Positions 37,822-51,122 of a stretch of DNA of 64,000 nt are shown one piece after another. The DNA comes from Antedon mediterranea (taxonomy: Eukaryota; Animalia; Echinodermata): contig NC_092674.1 in the NCBI RefSeq assembly GCF_964355755.1, positions 20,026,001 through 20,090,000 on the forward strand. Reading direction: 5' to 3'. How positions within the stretch are numbered: the first letter of the stretch is position 1; each line of letters begins with the position of its first letter. A model generated the notes under the pieces. The model was given only the letters and a program-made list of their open reading frames with translations. It had not been told where the DNA came from and searched no databases. Made by a program: the position numbers and the translations under genes.

Positions 37822-39792
37822 ATGGCAACAGGTAACGAACCATTATTCTTTGGTCGGTTTTTTATAATTCAAAGATTGAACATTTCCGAATGGCACGATA
37901 AAATCGACAGATTACAGTTTTGTACCGAGATGTGAGGTTTATAATGACTTACTGAAGGAATTGAGAATCGAGTGACTATAATTTTACTTTAAATAATAGA
38001 AATATGATAGGAGTATGATTATGAAGTTGAAAAATATATACAAATACTTTTAAGATTGTTTGCATAATATCCGGCAAGAGGTATACTGTAAACAAATTTT
38101 GTTTGTACTGCTTCTGGAATTACATTTCCTACAGCTATATCGCCATGATTAAATATTGTTTTCATGAAAAAATAGACCTATTAGTACCAGAAACCCGACT
38201 GACGCTGTTACACATACGTTTAGGTCGAGGAAATTTATAAACCTGAGTAGCCTAATTCAGCAATGTAGCAACATCTTATATTGCCAAATCTTTTCAACAT
38301 TTCACATCAATTTTATATTTTTTAGTGTATTAGGCCTATATACATTCAATTTTTATTTTTACCTTAAATATATAGTTGAACATTATTTTGACCGAATAAA
38401 AGTAATACATGAATAGGCCTCAATAAAGTCATTTTAGTGTGTTTTTAAAATGTATTTGTTACACGGTAAAATATAGCCTATATAAAAATATCGTTCAAAA
38501 TACATTGACGAAGGCTACAGTTAAAGATATCTACAGAATTATTTGATAGAAGGCAAGAATTATACAGATTGAGTTAACAGATTGATTTTGAGTATTTATA
38601 TTCCTAATCTATATTATTGTGGCGCACGCCTTTTTTATTCCACATGAAATTAATGTAAAATATACTTGTGTCAAGTTCCAATGAAAATATCTGTTGACTG
38701 TGAACGTCTTATTCATTCAATTAAGAATTTCATGAAATCTCACGAATTTTACACTTCGCGGCACTGATGACATCAAACAATTATCATTGGCAATCACAGG
38801 AGTTATCCGCCTGCGGATAACCAATGAGTTATATAGTCTGTTAAAGAGAAATAACTATATGGATATTCAATTAATTTTACAGGTAGCCCTACTGCCACAA
38901 ATCAAGTCATAGGCACTAAACTTAGTGATGACGTTTTTGTAAGTATAACGGTATTTATTATGTCAGATTGTAGATATGATAGTTACAAGATGAAACGTTT
39001 GGTTAAAATGTAAAAGAGCTTGTAGAGATACTTAGCCAGGCACTCCGAAAAATACGAGGTTACCATTGGTCTATAGGAAGAATCAAGTGACAAAACTTGT
39101 TGCTGCATCTGAACACCAATGTTATAAGAAAAGATTTGAAAAGATAGACCACTAGGCTTGGGAAGCATGTTCTAAAAACCTACTTTACCACGTCGGTGAA
39201 AATGTACATTCGGCCTATTCGCCGTCCTTGTTGAAAGTACCAAGTTGTAATGTTTATCTCCGAATCTTATCTTAAAAATTGTCATGGCAATTGTTAAATT
39301 TGTAAAAAGAAAGCAATTACCACTGTTAGTTTATTTCTTTTTTTGTTTCTTCTACAGTCAGTTGAACCCTTATTGTCACCGAGTCATCACAGTATTTCAA
39401 CTCAACCTAAAAGTAAACTACAGGTTCCACCATTGCCCAATAAAAACAAAGTGCGACAAGAACGCTGCGTACATTGCACAAATGTGTTTGATCCAAGTCA
39501 GAACAAACGAGGTCAATGTCAGTATGCACCAGATAGTGCTTTACATTGTATTAGACAACTAACATGTTATTATGTAGCAGAAACTTTGCAATATCATTGT
39601 TGTTCAGGTGATGACAATGAAGACGCGGAAGTTTGTTCATGTGATCCAGGACAGGACGGATGTTGTAAAAAATGGACTGCTCTAGTATCCCTATGCATAC
39701 CTTGTCTTTTATGCTACCTAACTCTGAGAGGTTGCCATAAAGTTGGTGTCAAGTGTGGGATATGTGGAAGCAAACATATACCTGAATTTTAG
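37822..39792 (+). CDS. SPRED-type Sprouty (SPR) cysteine-rich domain protein lacking EVH1, 3 coding exons, 166 aa
   Basis: Exons 37822-37831, 38883-38938 and 39358-39792 join in frame: MATGSPTATNQVIGTKLSDDVF-SVEPLL...RCVHCTNVFDPSQNKRGQCQYAPD...CIRQLTC...YHC...CSC...CCKKW...PCLLCYLTLRGCHKVGVKCGICGSKH. This is the SPRED-like SPR signature. An in-frame TGA lies four codons upstream of the ATG. Confidence 0.88.
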
Positions 39793-42700
39793 CAAAATAT
39801 GCAAAAAGACATCCCTAGAGTTTGAGTTAGGTTCCTTTGATGTGTGTTATACATATTTACAGAAAAATAAGGAGATAATAAATTGATAAATCTATTTAAA
39901 TGGCTCGAATTCAGATACATTATTGAAGATGTAGGTCGCAACGACACAAGTGGTACAACTAACGCAATATCACAGCAGTTCTTAGATGTGATCCACCAGG
40001 ATTTAGAACCATTAGAACGTTGCGTACCAAGCATCATAGGAAATTTCCAAAATTGAGCAATGGAAATCTACAAGCTACTAACTAACTAAGAAAGCGCCCA
40101 GCTGCAGGCATCGATGGTAGCGCGACCAGGATCATCAAACCACATTATCAACTCATCATATTGCGAGGGAATATTCCTCATTAGTTATGGTAGAGATAAA
40201 AATGGCGTCCTTCCGAAATCCTTAATAATCTCTACGACCTTATATGCTCTAATGGATCACTTCTTGTTGCCGAACATTTTCTTTCTTTCTTCAATAAAAT
40301 AATTTGAGACTAGAAGATTGATTTTTTTTGTGAAGAGGAATATATCAATCATGTGGCGTTATAGTATGATAATAATGGTCGTAGTCTTCATTATTCTACT
40401 AATCCGCTGAATAATTACCAGCTTATCGTTCGTTGGTACATAGGAATCGAAATTATTATTTTAATTAGGCCTACATCTACCTTTTAGCCCCTATCATAAT
40501 TTGTTTACTCTGGATTTCCTAATTTGTAATCAAAAAGTATGTTAATGCATTTTAATTTTACACTGTACATCATTTACACGAAGGACTGTCCCATTGTATC
40601 ATCATCATCGGGATTGTCAACGTCGGACCACCTGAGCCCGCTTATTTCCAGTTTATTGATCAGTATAGTAACGTAACTGTTATAAAACGTTACATGTCTT
40701 AACATTTTGTCCCCATATATATTATGTTAGTTTTCGATTAAACCAAGTGAACTTTTGTAATGAAAGTCCAACGGTTAAATACACTAAGTGTTAATTACTT
40801 TTTAATTAATTACCCATTACATGGAGTCATTTATAATTCTTTCATAAGCTTCCTAATTACATGTACATGAACACAGTAAAGACAAAAGCGTCAAAATTCG
40901 TATTTTTTTTGTGTTTTGTGTATTGTATTTCAGTAATAAACGGCTACTACTGTAAGGAAGCATTTGTTGTACTGTATGATAATCATAATAATATTTAATT
41001 ATTTGCATGTCTACGGACGTACCACCATTTTCAAAATTCTTTTCAATATGTTCTAGCAATACTTTCGAATTCGTAAATAACAGTGGACTTGCTTTGTTGA
41101 ACTTCACATTACGGACACTACCCAAAACTTGCATTTAAAATATAGTGTAAAATGTTTTGTATTTTTTTTTTGTTACAATGAATTTTACTGACCGCATACA
41201 CTAGATACTTTGTGTATAAATGGATTTAAAACATAGAAAGTGAGACGTCGCGATTGAAATATGATAATCAGCGGGGCTCACACCTGAAGACGATAACCAA
41301 TGCTAGTATATATTATATAAAAAAAACAAAGAAGTCTTTTCAAAATAGTGTATTACAGTTTACTATCCAACTGTGCAACCTCTACACATTATTTTCTATA
41401 CTACAAACGCTCGATGTATACAGGTCAATTATTTTTTATGACATTACAAATGTCCTTAATATTAAACAAACTTTCATAATTATTCTTTCTTTGGCACTAA
41501 TTTACTATAGTATACAAAACTCAAATTTCAGTTAATTACCATTACTACCACACGATAGTATAAATAATTGTAATTTTATTTGTATAAAGTACTATTAATA
41601 CACCATGACACATTTTTTGGTTGATTTACATTTTGAATATATTTTGAATTGTTTCTTTTTATCAGAATAATATAAATACCCTTGAAATTGTGATTAAATA
41701 AAAGCATTCATTTAATACTGTTGAATCAATAAAGCATAAAGGTGTAACTTTTCGTTATAGTGTATAATATTGCAATTAATTAAAATATCAATATTGTAGT
41801 ATTAAAACACCAATGGCTAGGAACTTTCAGATTTTAAAAAGCAGTTGACTGGAGGGAGTATCAATGTATTTATCAGCCTTTAAATTTACCCGGAACATTT
41901 GATTTACAAATAAAAAATATTCCTAAAATCAGGGAAACCTTTAAATTGACAAACATTTGAAGTACAAATAAAAAAGTATTCCTAAAATTAGGGAAGAGTA
42001 AAATTAATAAGTAATTTTACTCTTCCCTGCTAAAACGTATACCTTTGTGGCTCACGAACAATGCTCTAAAGGTGTGGTTAGGTGGACCCAAAATTGAACT
42101 GAACATGCGCACTTCTCCTGGGCAACCTACCTCAACTGATTAAAACTCGAAATGAGCGTATTTAATCATCATTGAGTTGAACGTAACTTTAAATTGCATC
42201 ATAAGTAACCACAACTAGTTGTAACCAGTTCAATGTTCTCCTTTAAACGTAATCACATATAGCGCATCATGCATGAAATATTAGCATCCACAAGTAGTTA
42301 ATAGTAATAATAATAATAGTAATAGTATTTATTCGGCATTATCTAACACAATCTTGCCAGGAGCAAGCAATATACATAGGCCTGAACAGATTTAACAATC
42401 CAGTAAATGTTGACAAAAGTGCTCATATACACAAATTTCCCATTTAACCTTGAATTGCATAGCACATGGTATTGGTAACAGTTACTGTTCCAAGTTGACA
42501 TTGCTCACACACTTGATATTTTTAGTTCAATTCAGTTGCTCAAAACTTGAAATAGTTGCTTTCAGTTGAGTTTAGCGTCAACCTAAGCAAACTTTAACTG
42601 CCACAACTAAATAATCACAGAAAATCTTACAAAAAGAACCTACTAAAATATCATAATATTCTAAAATAAGATTTTTAAAATCTACCTCATACAGGAATCT

Positions 42701-42932
42701 ATAATTTAATATCAATTTTATTATCATTTTTACATGATTTTATTTCCACTCCATTCAGGGCCGGATCAGGTGAGATGGGTACAACTGGGAAACTCTGTTT
42801 TTGAAGTGTTGTTCAATAAATCCTAGCAAAATAATTTTTAACTTGTGGATTGTTATATGGAAACTTAGTTTCCTGTTTTTTAAATTCAGTATCTGACCCT
42901 GTCATTTACACCCTGCCCTTTACTAGATAAAT

Positions 42933-45900
42933 TTAATTTTGAGGTGGAGACTGCTTCATGGAGGACCATGTTGGTTTTGTAAATACATCCTTACTCTTTA
43001 TGAATCGTGCAAAGAATGCACCTAGAACCCAAGTGCCATTTTGCAGTGCACCACCTTCTCTACCAATTGATAATGCCATCATCTTGCCTCCTGAAAAAAG
43101 AAATTAATAAATACAGTCATGTGTGTACACTTTGTATACATAAACTGATTATAAATGTTGTGGAATACAAAAAAATGAGATTGATTTTTTCAAGTACAGT
43201 AAAGTTTGAATGTGAATCTATTTATTAAGTGATTCTTCCCGAACCTTTTAAATTAAAATACTATGTAGTTAAGGTAGGAAGTTTGCGGTTATAACAATAA
43301 CATTTATTTTTTTTTTCGATTGCCTGCATAACTCAAATCCGATACGCAATTCAGATGAATAAGTGATGCTTGGTGGCAGCATGAAGGGACCCTTTGGAGA
43401 GAAGAAAGTTGCTGTATGTGTGATTCACACCTGTGAGCAATTCAACTCAGTAGGCTGCATGTCACAGATTATTACATCACATACATCTGTATATTACCTG
43501 GTTTGTAAGGAGTGACACTCTTTCCACTGTCAACTGTTTCAATGGTCTTAGCAAGGTATTTTGCCTGAGTTTGAGCTAAATGTGCTAGTTTAGCTTCATG
43601 TGAATTATTGCAATCACCAATAGCATACACACCATCACAGCCTTCTACTTGCAGTGTATTGTCAACTTTCAAATACCCTTTACTGTCCATTTTATTTGCT
43701 ATTAAATAATACAACAATTATTATTAAATACACATACCATTACCGTTTAAATAAAGTGAGAGATGAAAAGAGTAATTTTTTTTATTAAAATATTTTGAAA
43801 AAAAACCCATTTTAATGTAATATACATATACATTACTAATTAATTTAATATATGATTTAAATTTACAGCATCTTTCAGATCAAGATTTGATTCATTTAGG
43901 GCCAGTTTCTGAATTTTGAAATAGGGGTTGCCTTAACAAATGTTAATTAAGTACTGAACTTAATGTAGTACTTTGTAATGCTGTTTGGATGCACCTTCGC
44001 AGACCTTTCTAACATACAATTAAAAAGAAAACCACAGGAATATTTCCTTGTATCAGGCAAAATAAAATCTGTACCCACATGAGTAGAGTGATTAAGGCTA
44101 CTTACACAAACTAATTCCATAGGCACTCGTGTTCACCTTAAGCCCTGTACATGGTACCACTAAGTCTGCGTCAATTTTGGATCCTTTATCTGTTTCAACT
44201 ACTGAGGGTGTTGCTGATGTTGGTAGGTCTCTCAAGTTGGATACCCTTTCTCCTGTAATTAAACAAAGTGAATTTTATTTAACAGATTTTAACTTTGTGT
44301 TAATGTTACAATTTAACGTTGGTAAATACATATCCCTCATGATTCTTTGTTGCAGATGATTGTTACAGTGTAATGCTGATGATCCACTTATGTTCTTTGA
44401 ATTGACTAGCAATGTTGTATTTATACAACATTTCAGTTTTCATCCGGCAGTTATCTCAGTAGCATGTATGTAAGTATGTATATTGGGGCCATTTCAGTTA
44501 TTATGAAAAATACCTTTAACTCACCAAGAACAAGTTTGACTCCAAGTGCTTTGAGTTGGTCACGTACACTGTTTGTGAAACTGTCTTCATACATTGCACT
44601 GACAAGCTTCTCATGTGGATGGATAAGGTAAACTTCTTTTCCTTTTAAATCTGTCATTATCTCACCAGCTAACTCAACACCAGCAGCTCCGCCTCCTACT
44701 ATAACAATCTTAGTAGAAGCATGAATCTGTTAAAAATAAGATATATAGATTAAAGACAACATTCCAAGATACAAACACACACACATGCAAAAGACATGTA
44801 AAAAGAAGTAAATTCATTTGTAATAGAGAATTTTTCTGGGCAAGATGGCAACAAAGACATGGCTGTAGCCTTCACAAAAGTACATCAGACTGTTTTTTTT
44901 CAGATGCCAACTATGGATTTCACGTGGAGACAATGTTTACATATCTCTTGCCCATGAGGCGACACCTCTTCAATGACAGCTTTTTACTGCCACCTGCTTT
45001 TCATCTCCACTGTACATTTGTAAACTTGGTTTGCACTAGAACAAACACACACAATTACACACAGCTCAAACAATTTTACTAAATACAAGCAACTGTGCTA
45101 GAATCCATTTTGTACAATAAAACTGTTTCCCACAGTATATTGCAATGTGTAATAGTATATTGTTTGAAGATTTGCATGGCAAAAATCAATACAGTATGTA
45201 TAAAGTTTGCGGTACACCATAAGTAGTTCTGAAAAGAACTGCTGAGTTTCTTGATGTTTCGATCAATACAGTATGTTTCGATCATCCTCAAAAAAAAAGG
45301 AAACCGCAAACTCATATATATACATGTATAATATAGGTTTAAGCAACTTTGTATTAAATAAGTTTTTGCAAAAGTATTGAAAATGAAATTAAGGCTTTAC
45401 AAGCAAAAAAAAAGGGTTATGCTCACCTGATCCTTTAGCGATTCATACTTGCTAATAATTTCGTGATTATCTACACAGTTGGTCACCTTGCATGGGAATT
45501 GGCCCTCTGACCCTGTTGCTATGACAAGGTAATCATATGAGACACTTTCATATCGATTACCAGATTTTATAGTTACACTTTTATCTTGTACATTGATTGA
45601 ACTAGCTTCTCCTCTTTTAAAGCTTTCTCCAAATGTCTTATCATATGGAATGAATGTCTTCTTTGCAAACCCTAAAAAATAATTTAAAACTATAATGTTA
45701 ACTAATTATCTCTTCGGAAAGGAACATGTTCCAAAACTTGAGCGAATAAGGATAGGAGGCGTATGCTGCTTAGCCGACAATAATTTTCTAGCCTATATCT
45801 GTTTAGGCTGTTTTACTTATATCGTTTTGTAGCTTTTTTCTTGTTTTATTTGTATCTAACTTTGAGATCCAGCCACAGTTACCTACAGTTGACAGCCTTC

Positions 45901-48900
45901 TCATTTTTTAAATAATACACTGTAATATTATTATTGTTCTACCTGGTTCCACACATGCTCTCAATGCTCCCATGTTATGATGCAATCCTTCCTTAGGATC
46001 AATAACAGTCAATTGACATTTATCTTTAATGCGTTGAGCAAATTCTGAACCGCCATAACCCCCTCCAACAACGACAACACGCTTTGATTTCAATCCCTGA
46101 TCATTTCCAGCACTGGCTACAGAAATCTGCAAAACAACAGTAAATTGGATTTAAACTGCAATAAAACTATAACCTAATGATGACCAAACAACATCTTTTT
46201 TTATTTTTTAAAGATGTATTGTCCCTTGAAACACACAAAAATAAAGGTCAAAATATTCTAAATTTAAATTGGCCATATAAAAGTAATATTAAAGTTAGTC
46301 ACTTTAAGTCGAAAATTCAAGCCAAAAGCAACAAGTTTACGTAAATAACAGGTAAATTAGTTTGATTACATTTGTCTGGAAAATCGTCGCGAGCGAAAGT
46401 AAACATACCTTTCAAACCATGAGTACGCATTATGCATGATGCTAATTAGGATTTTTTACAACTCGTCACGATTGAGAAGGTGTTTTCACACAGATCGTGA
46501 GGAAGTTTTATGATTATGCATACAGAGTAGCCAAACAAGCGCGTTTCATTATGGGATATGTTTTAATCGAAAACTTTGACTGGAAGTCAAAGTTATCTTT
46601 TTAACAAAAAAAACGTCTGTATTTCAGTTGAATGATTTTTTTTCGACAAATTTTTGGTGATAGTTAATAACTATTATGATACTTCAAAATTACCCACCTT
46701 TTTTCGAAATCTGTTATTTTTTATTTTTTTGGAATTAGTCAAAGGGACAATACATCTTTAATTTACTGTATGATATTGTAGTAACTTTATATCTCAAAGA
46801 TAAGCAAAAAGCAATGCAATAATTAAATTTCTAAGCAATATTTACTTACATTATGCTAAAATGTCATATATGTACAGTAAATTTCATATTTTCATTTATT
46901 TTTTGGATATTTAAAGGTATATATTTTTTTTATCATGAATTTTAAATTTTTGAAACTATGTTTAATTTGCATACATGGCAACATCTGATGTAAAAAAAAA
47001 CGGGAGGTGGTGTTTTTTCGATCAACAGGAGACAAGTCTAAAATACAGGAGTCTCCCGGCCAAAATGGGAGTGTTGGCATGTATGAATTTGATGTTTTAA
47101 TGTAGGCATTTTGTAAAATTTTGTATTGTTTTTAGGACGAGTGGCCTCTTGTGGGCTATATACTGACAGTACATTAATTTTCTCTCGCCAGGGGCTGACG
47201 CAGGAGTGTTTCCCCAGTTGCCCGGGCAACACCCTCAATTTCATACCAAATATTTTTCATAACTATTAAAGATCCCATTTCATGTCATATCTACAGTATA
47301 ATAACGTCGTTATCAGGGCTGTCATAGAATATTGTAATGTTGTACTGTCAATTATACCGTGCACACATGTATTTGGCCCGGCCGACCAGTGTTTTAAAGT
47401 CTGAACACGCGTGGATCTTATGACTGTGTAGCGCCATGTGACGCTTCTTTAGTATTTGGTCTCTTATTAGAGGTTAATTCGGAAATCTATATTTCCCGTA
47501 TATTTCGTACATTAAATAAAGTAAGGTTGTTTTTAAATAAATTATAATAGCCTCTCTACCCAAAATAAAATAAATAAATAAATAAATGGTTAAAAAATAA
47601 AAAAAATACATTTTTTTATTTTTATCATAATTAGCCAAGAGCGTACATTTAAGACAAGGAATGACCAGGTTTCATTTTTATAAAGTAGGCCTAATATATA
47701 TCATTTTTACAAAACGTCAATAATTGCAGGGAAAGTGTTTTTAACATTATAGTGAATACATTTTGGGAATTTACTGGCTTATTTAGCATTTATTTCAAAA
47801 ATACAATTCAACATTTTGCCTAATATTTATAGCAGCAGCTTTATATTTTTTTTGTCTAAACATTTTAATCATTATAATTAAATAATTAATTTACATTAAT
47901 TGAATATAATTATCAGAATGCATTACGGTACCGTAACGGCATTACCTTCATCGGAAACTTTTCCCTGCTGTTTATCGTGAATTATACGCGTGAGAATACA
48001 ATTTCCAGCCATCTAGGGGTGTCATTTAACAAAATTTGCTTCGCCACAGCCCCCACCATGGGAAGCCTGTGGCTGAAATACTACGTGTCCTACAAAACTC
48101 TAACCTGGGCAACCCCCTTCAAATAGTCCTGCGACCGCCCCTGGACTCGCTATGTGTATGTAAATGTACATACATTATAACACACTTGGCATGAAGTCTC
48201 TATCAAATTACACACACCTTTTTAAACAACTCTTCAAACCAATATTTGCTATCTCAAATAAAGTACACAAGATGGTGATATCTGTTTTAAATTGAATTGA
48301 AATGGAGACTTCATTCACTAAAGATCAAACAAGGCAGATAAACTTGTGAATGACTACCAAAAAAAGTTTGTTCTTTTTTTATGCTTCCCTTTTTCTCTCT
48401 GTTTTTAAATTTTTATATCTCTTTATTTTTATGTATCTTCGATTGAAAACTCTTGTAATTTCTTTGGATTTGTTGGAGATAATAAATTTGTCATAATTTG
48501 AGTGAGTGAGTGAGTGGCCGAGCGGGTGAGTGAGTGGCCGAGCGGTTAAGACAGTGGAACCGTAATCACGTAGCCATAACATCGGCAGGGGTTCGAGGCT
48601 CACTCATTCCATGGTTCTGGTGGTAGAACGAGTCTTCTCGGATAAGGACTATAAACCGTAGGTCCAGTGTACACAACTTGCTCGTGTGCACTTTAAAGAA
48701 CCTAGTACATCTTTCGAGATGAGTAGGGGGTTACCCCGGTGTATTAGTACATCACAGCCACTGATCACCAACTGGGCCCTCTGGGATATCAGTCTTTGAC
48801 TGAAGAGGTTACCCAGTATAAAGATAAAACAAACAATAATTAACAAAAAATAAAAAATAATTTAAATTTGTTTATTGCAGAAATCAACGTACTCTATACC

Positions 48901-49241
48901 ATGACCTAAATCAATATAAATAATTAGTTTATTGGAATATTTTATTTTAAATTACACCGCTATAAGTAATTCTTTTATTCGTCAGGCAAAAAAATACTTC
49001 TCAACACACAGAGGGGTGCTTTATGGGATTTCCATAGTAGTACTGTAGGCTTCACCATGCACACTCCCTGGCTAGTACTGTAACACTGTTCATGGAGGTA
49101 TTGTTCATGTGCTCAACCGCCTATACCCACCATCCATCCAGGCTTGACAAATTAATAAGTCTGTGTACTAACCTGTCTAGCTCCTATAAAAGCAGCAGCT
49201 AGCAATGGAACAACACGTTTTGCTCTTCGAAATGAAGTCAT
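42933..49241 (-). CDS. AIFM2: AIFM2/FSP1-like FAD-dependent NAD(P)H:quinone oxidoreductase, copy 1, 7 coding exons
   Basis: Exons: 49241-49173 (tentative first exon), 46126-45943 (VVVVGGGYGG...HHNMGALRACVEPG), ~45671-45428 (YDYLVIATGS..FP), ~44726-44525 (IVIVGGGAAGVELAGEI), ~44252-44107, ~43698-43498 (LKVDNTLQVEG...YAIGDC) and ~43090-42933 (SIGREGG...IKSKDVF). Confidence 0.92.
46212..46757. mobile_element. Kolobok-like MITE in AIFM2 intron 1
   Basis: Perfect 16-bp TIR AGATGTATTGTCCCTT / AAGGGACAATACATCT with a TTAA TSD on both sides. Confidence 0.85.
48501..48836 (+). mobile_element. tRNA-derived SINE with Deu/Nin-type central domain
   Basis: A box TGGCCGAGCGG and B box GGTTCGAGGC. Central CTCGGATAAGGACTATAAACCGTAGGTCC...GCACTTTAAAGAACC...GAGTAGGGG resembles the DeuSINE/Nin domain (recognised from memory). 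A-rich tail. Confidence 0.8.
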
Positions 49242-49737
49242 AGTTTTACAATAAATAACTAAAGAATTATTCACTAAAAAGATCAGGAAATCAAAACAGA
49301 ATACCGAAGCCTATGTGATGTGTACTTAAAGTGAAATTCTCTCATGTAAGCCACCGAGTGGAGTAGATTGTGTGCAGTGAACCGTACAGTGTGTTGTTTA
49401 CATGCACTTTTCCCCATTTAAAAGCGATCAAAAAGGTCAAGAAAGTAGGTCACATTTAAAGCAAAAAAAAAACATAGACAAATAACACTTTTATGTTCAT
49501 TATTGATGAGAAAAGTAACAAAACATAAACATACGAGAGAGACCATGATTTATTTATCTTCATACACTTTAGAAAACCTTACAAAGTATAAATTAAAAAT
49601 ATGGATATCTCCCTTAAAGTAATACATATTATATGTACAAGAATACAAATATCAAATTATATGAAAGTTATATTAAGTTTATATGGAAAGCGTATACATT
49701 GCATAAACCTACCATATTTATTTGAATAAACGCCACC

Positions 49738-49810
49738 CATGGAGGTATAATAATTTTATACCTCCATGCATAGAGTTCTATGCTCCATGCATAGAGTTCT
49801 ATGCTCCATG
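49738..49810. mobile_element. Composite P-like micro-element / footprint
   Basis: CGCCACC-[CATGGAGGTATAA TAATT TTATACCTCCATG + 2x CATAGAGTTCTATGCTCCATG]-CGCCATC: TSD matches at 6 of 7 positions. Confidence 0.6.
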
Positions 49811-51122
49811 CGCCATCACTGCCACTATAAGCATCATTCATTTCTATCTATTTACAGTACCAAGCATTTATTTTATTATAGGTCTATCATGTCATTAAAA
49901 AAAAAAAGCCTCACTCGTATGACCACCTCCCTAAAAACCCTCCCAAGCAATAAATGCTTTAGGGTGTTTATTTGAATAAATATGGTATACACTTATTTGT
50001 CAGATCCCGTAGCATCCTACCACCGGGATCAAACTGTTACTAGTGCTCCATGGTCTTTTTTTGGAATTCGCAGGGAAGGCAGAGAGAGGACTGGTGACGC
50101 TTAGGTAACCCATGGATCCTCAACATCACACAGGCAAACACACCACACCGGAGAAGAAAACTCTGGCATCTGAGGATGGTAACAAATCGATAAGTAATAG
50201 TTACGAGTTATAAGTCTAGATTGTATTGGCGTGAAATGTGGACGCTACGGATTACTTCTGACAGTAGGGGGGGGGGGGGGGGAGGGTTATTTAATCCTAG
50301 TTATTAGTTAACGCCTGCCTTAAAGGGGGGTTCCGGGTTTAAAATGAATAGTAAAAAATGTAAAATATATTTGTTTGTCTCTTGAACGGTAAAAGTTTCA
50401 ATTTATATAAGCGCCCAGTGAAGCAGAACAAAGGCTGTGAAATGAGGCCAGATTACAAGTGCAGCTACGGCAAAATCACACTGTGGTTACAGAATAGGAA
50501 ATTCGTGAAATGGTCAATCTTCCGACGACTCGTTATCATTAACCATATCAATTACTTTTGTAAAATTATACTTATCTGATGTAATTTTAGTCGGTCTTCC
50601 CATTTATAAAGTCAATTTTCTATGAAAATCCATCAAAACAGTGAAAAATTAGATAAGTTTGCACTTTACGTTTGCCGATTTTCACACTGACTTAGGGAAA
50701 GCCTTCAAAATCAATGAAGCGTAACGTATACATTCCTGCTGAGCGAGGAGAGCGAGACGACGATACACGTGCTCTCTCTGCCCATGCCTGGCATCGTCAC
50801 GTGATAAGCAGATACAGTATACAATACCAAACTGGTCGGGTCGAGTATACCCCGTCTATAATCACAACATGAACGATGTACAGTATTTGATTGAAGGTCG
50901 ACTCAACCTACCGGAATGGTATAGATAATATAGCTCGAATGAGAGAGTTGGAATATTTGTAAACATAAGTACAGTATTGCTAATTTTAACAAGTGTAGCC
51001 TATAGTAAAAGGCCTGGTGGTAGTATCAATTCGCATAGGGTCTACTACACTAGCTAGCTCAATTTTTAACTGGGCCGGATCGGCTAAGGCTAGGCTACGT
51101 TAGCTCCTTCCTACTACCGGTC

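Noticed and set aside
50090-50115. ATGGGT (MG...) as an alternative myristoylated first exon of AIFM2 copy 1
   Set aside because: No convincing splice donor was seen before the frame closes.
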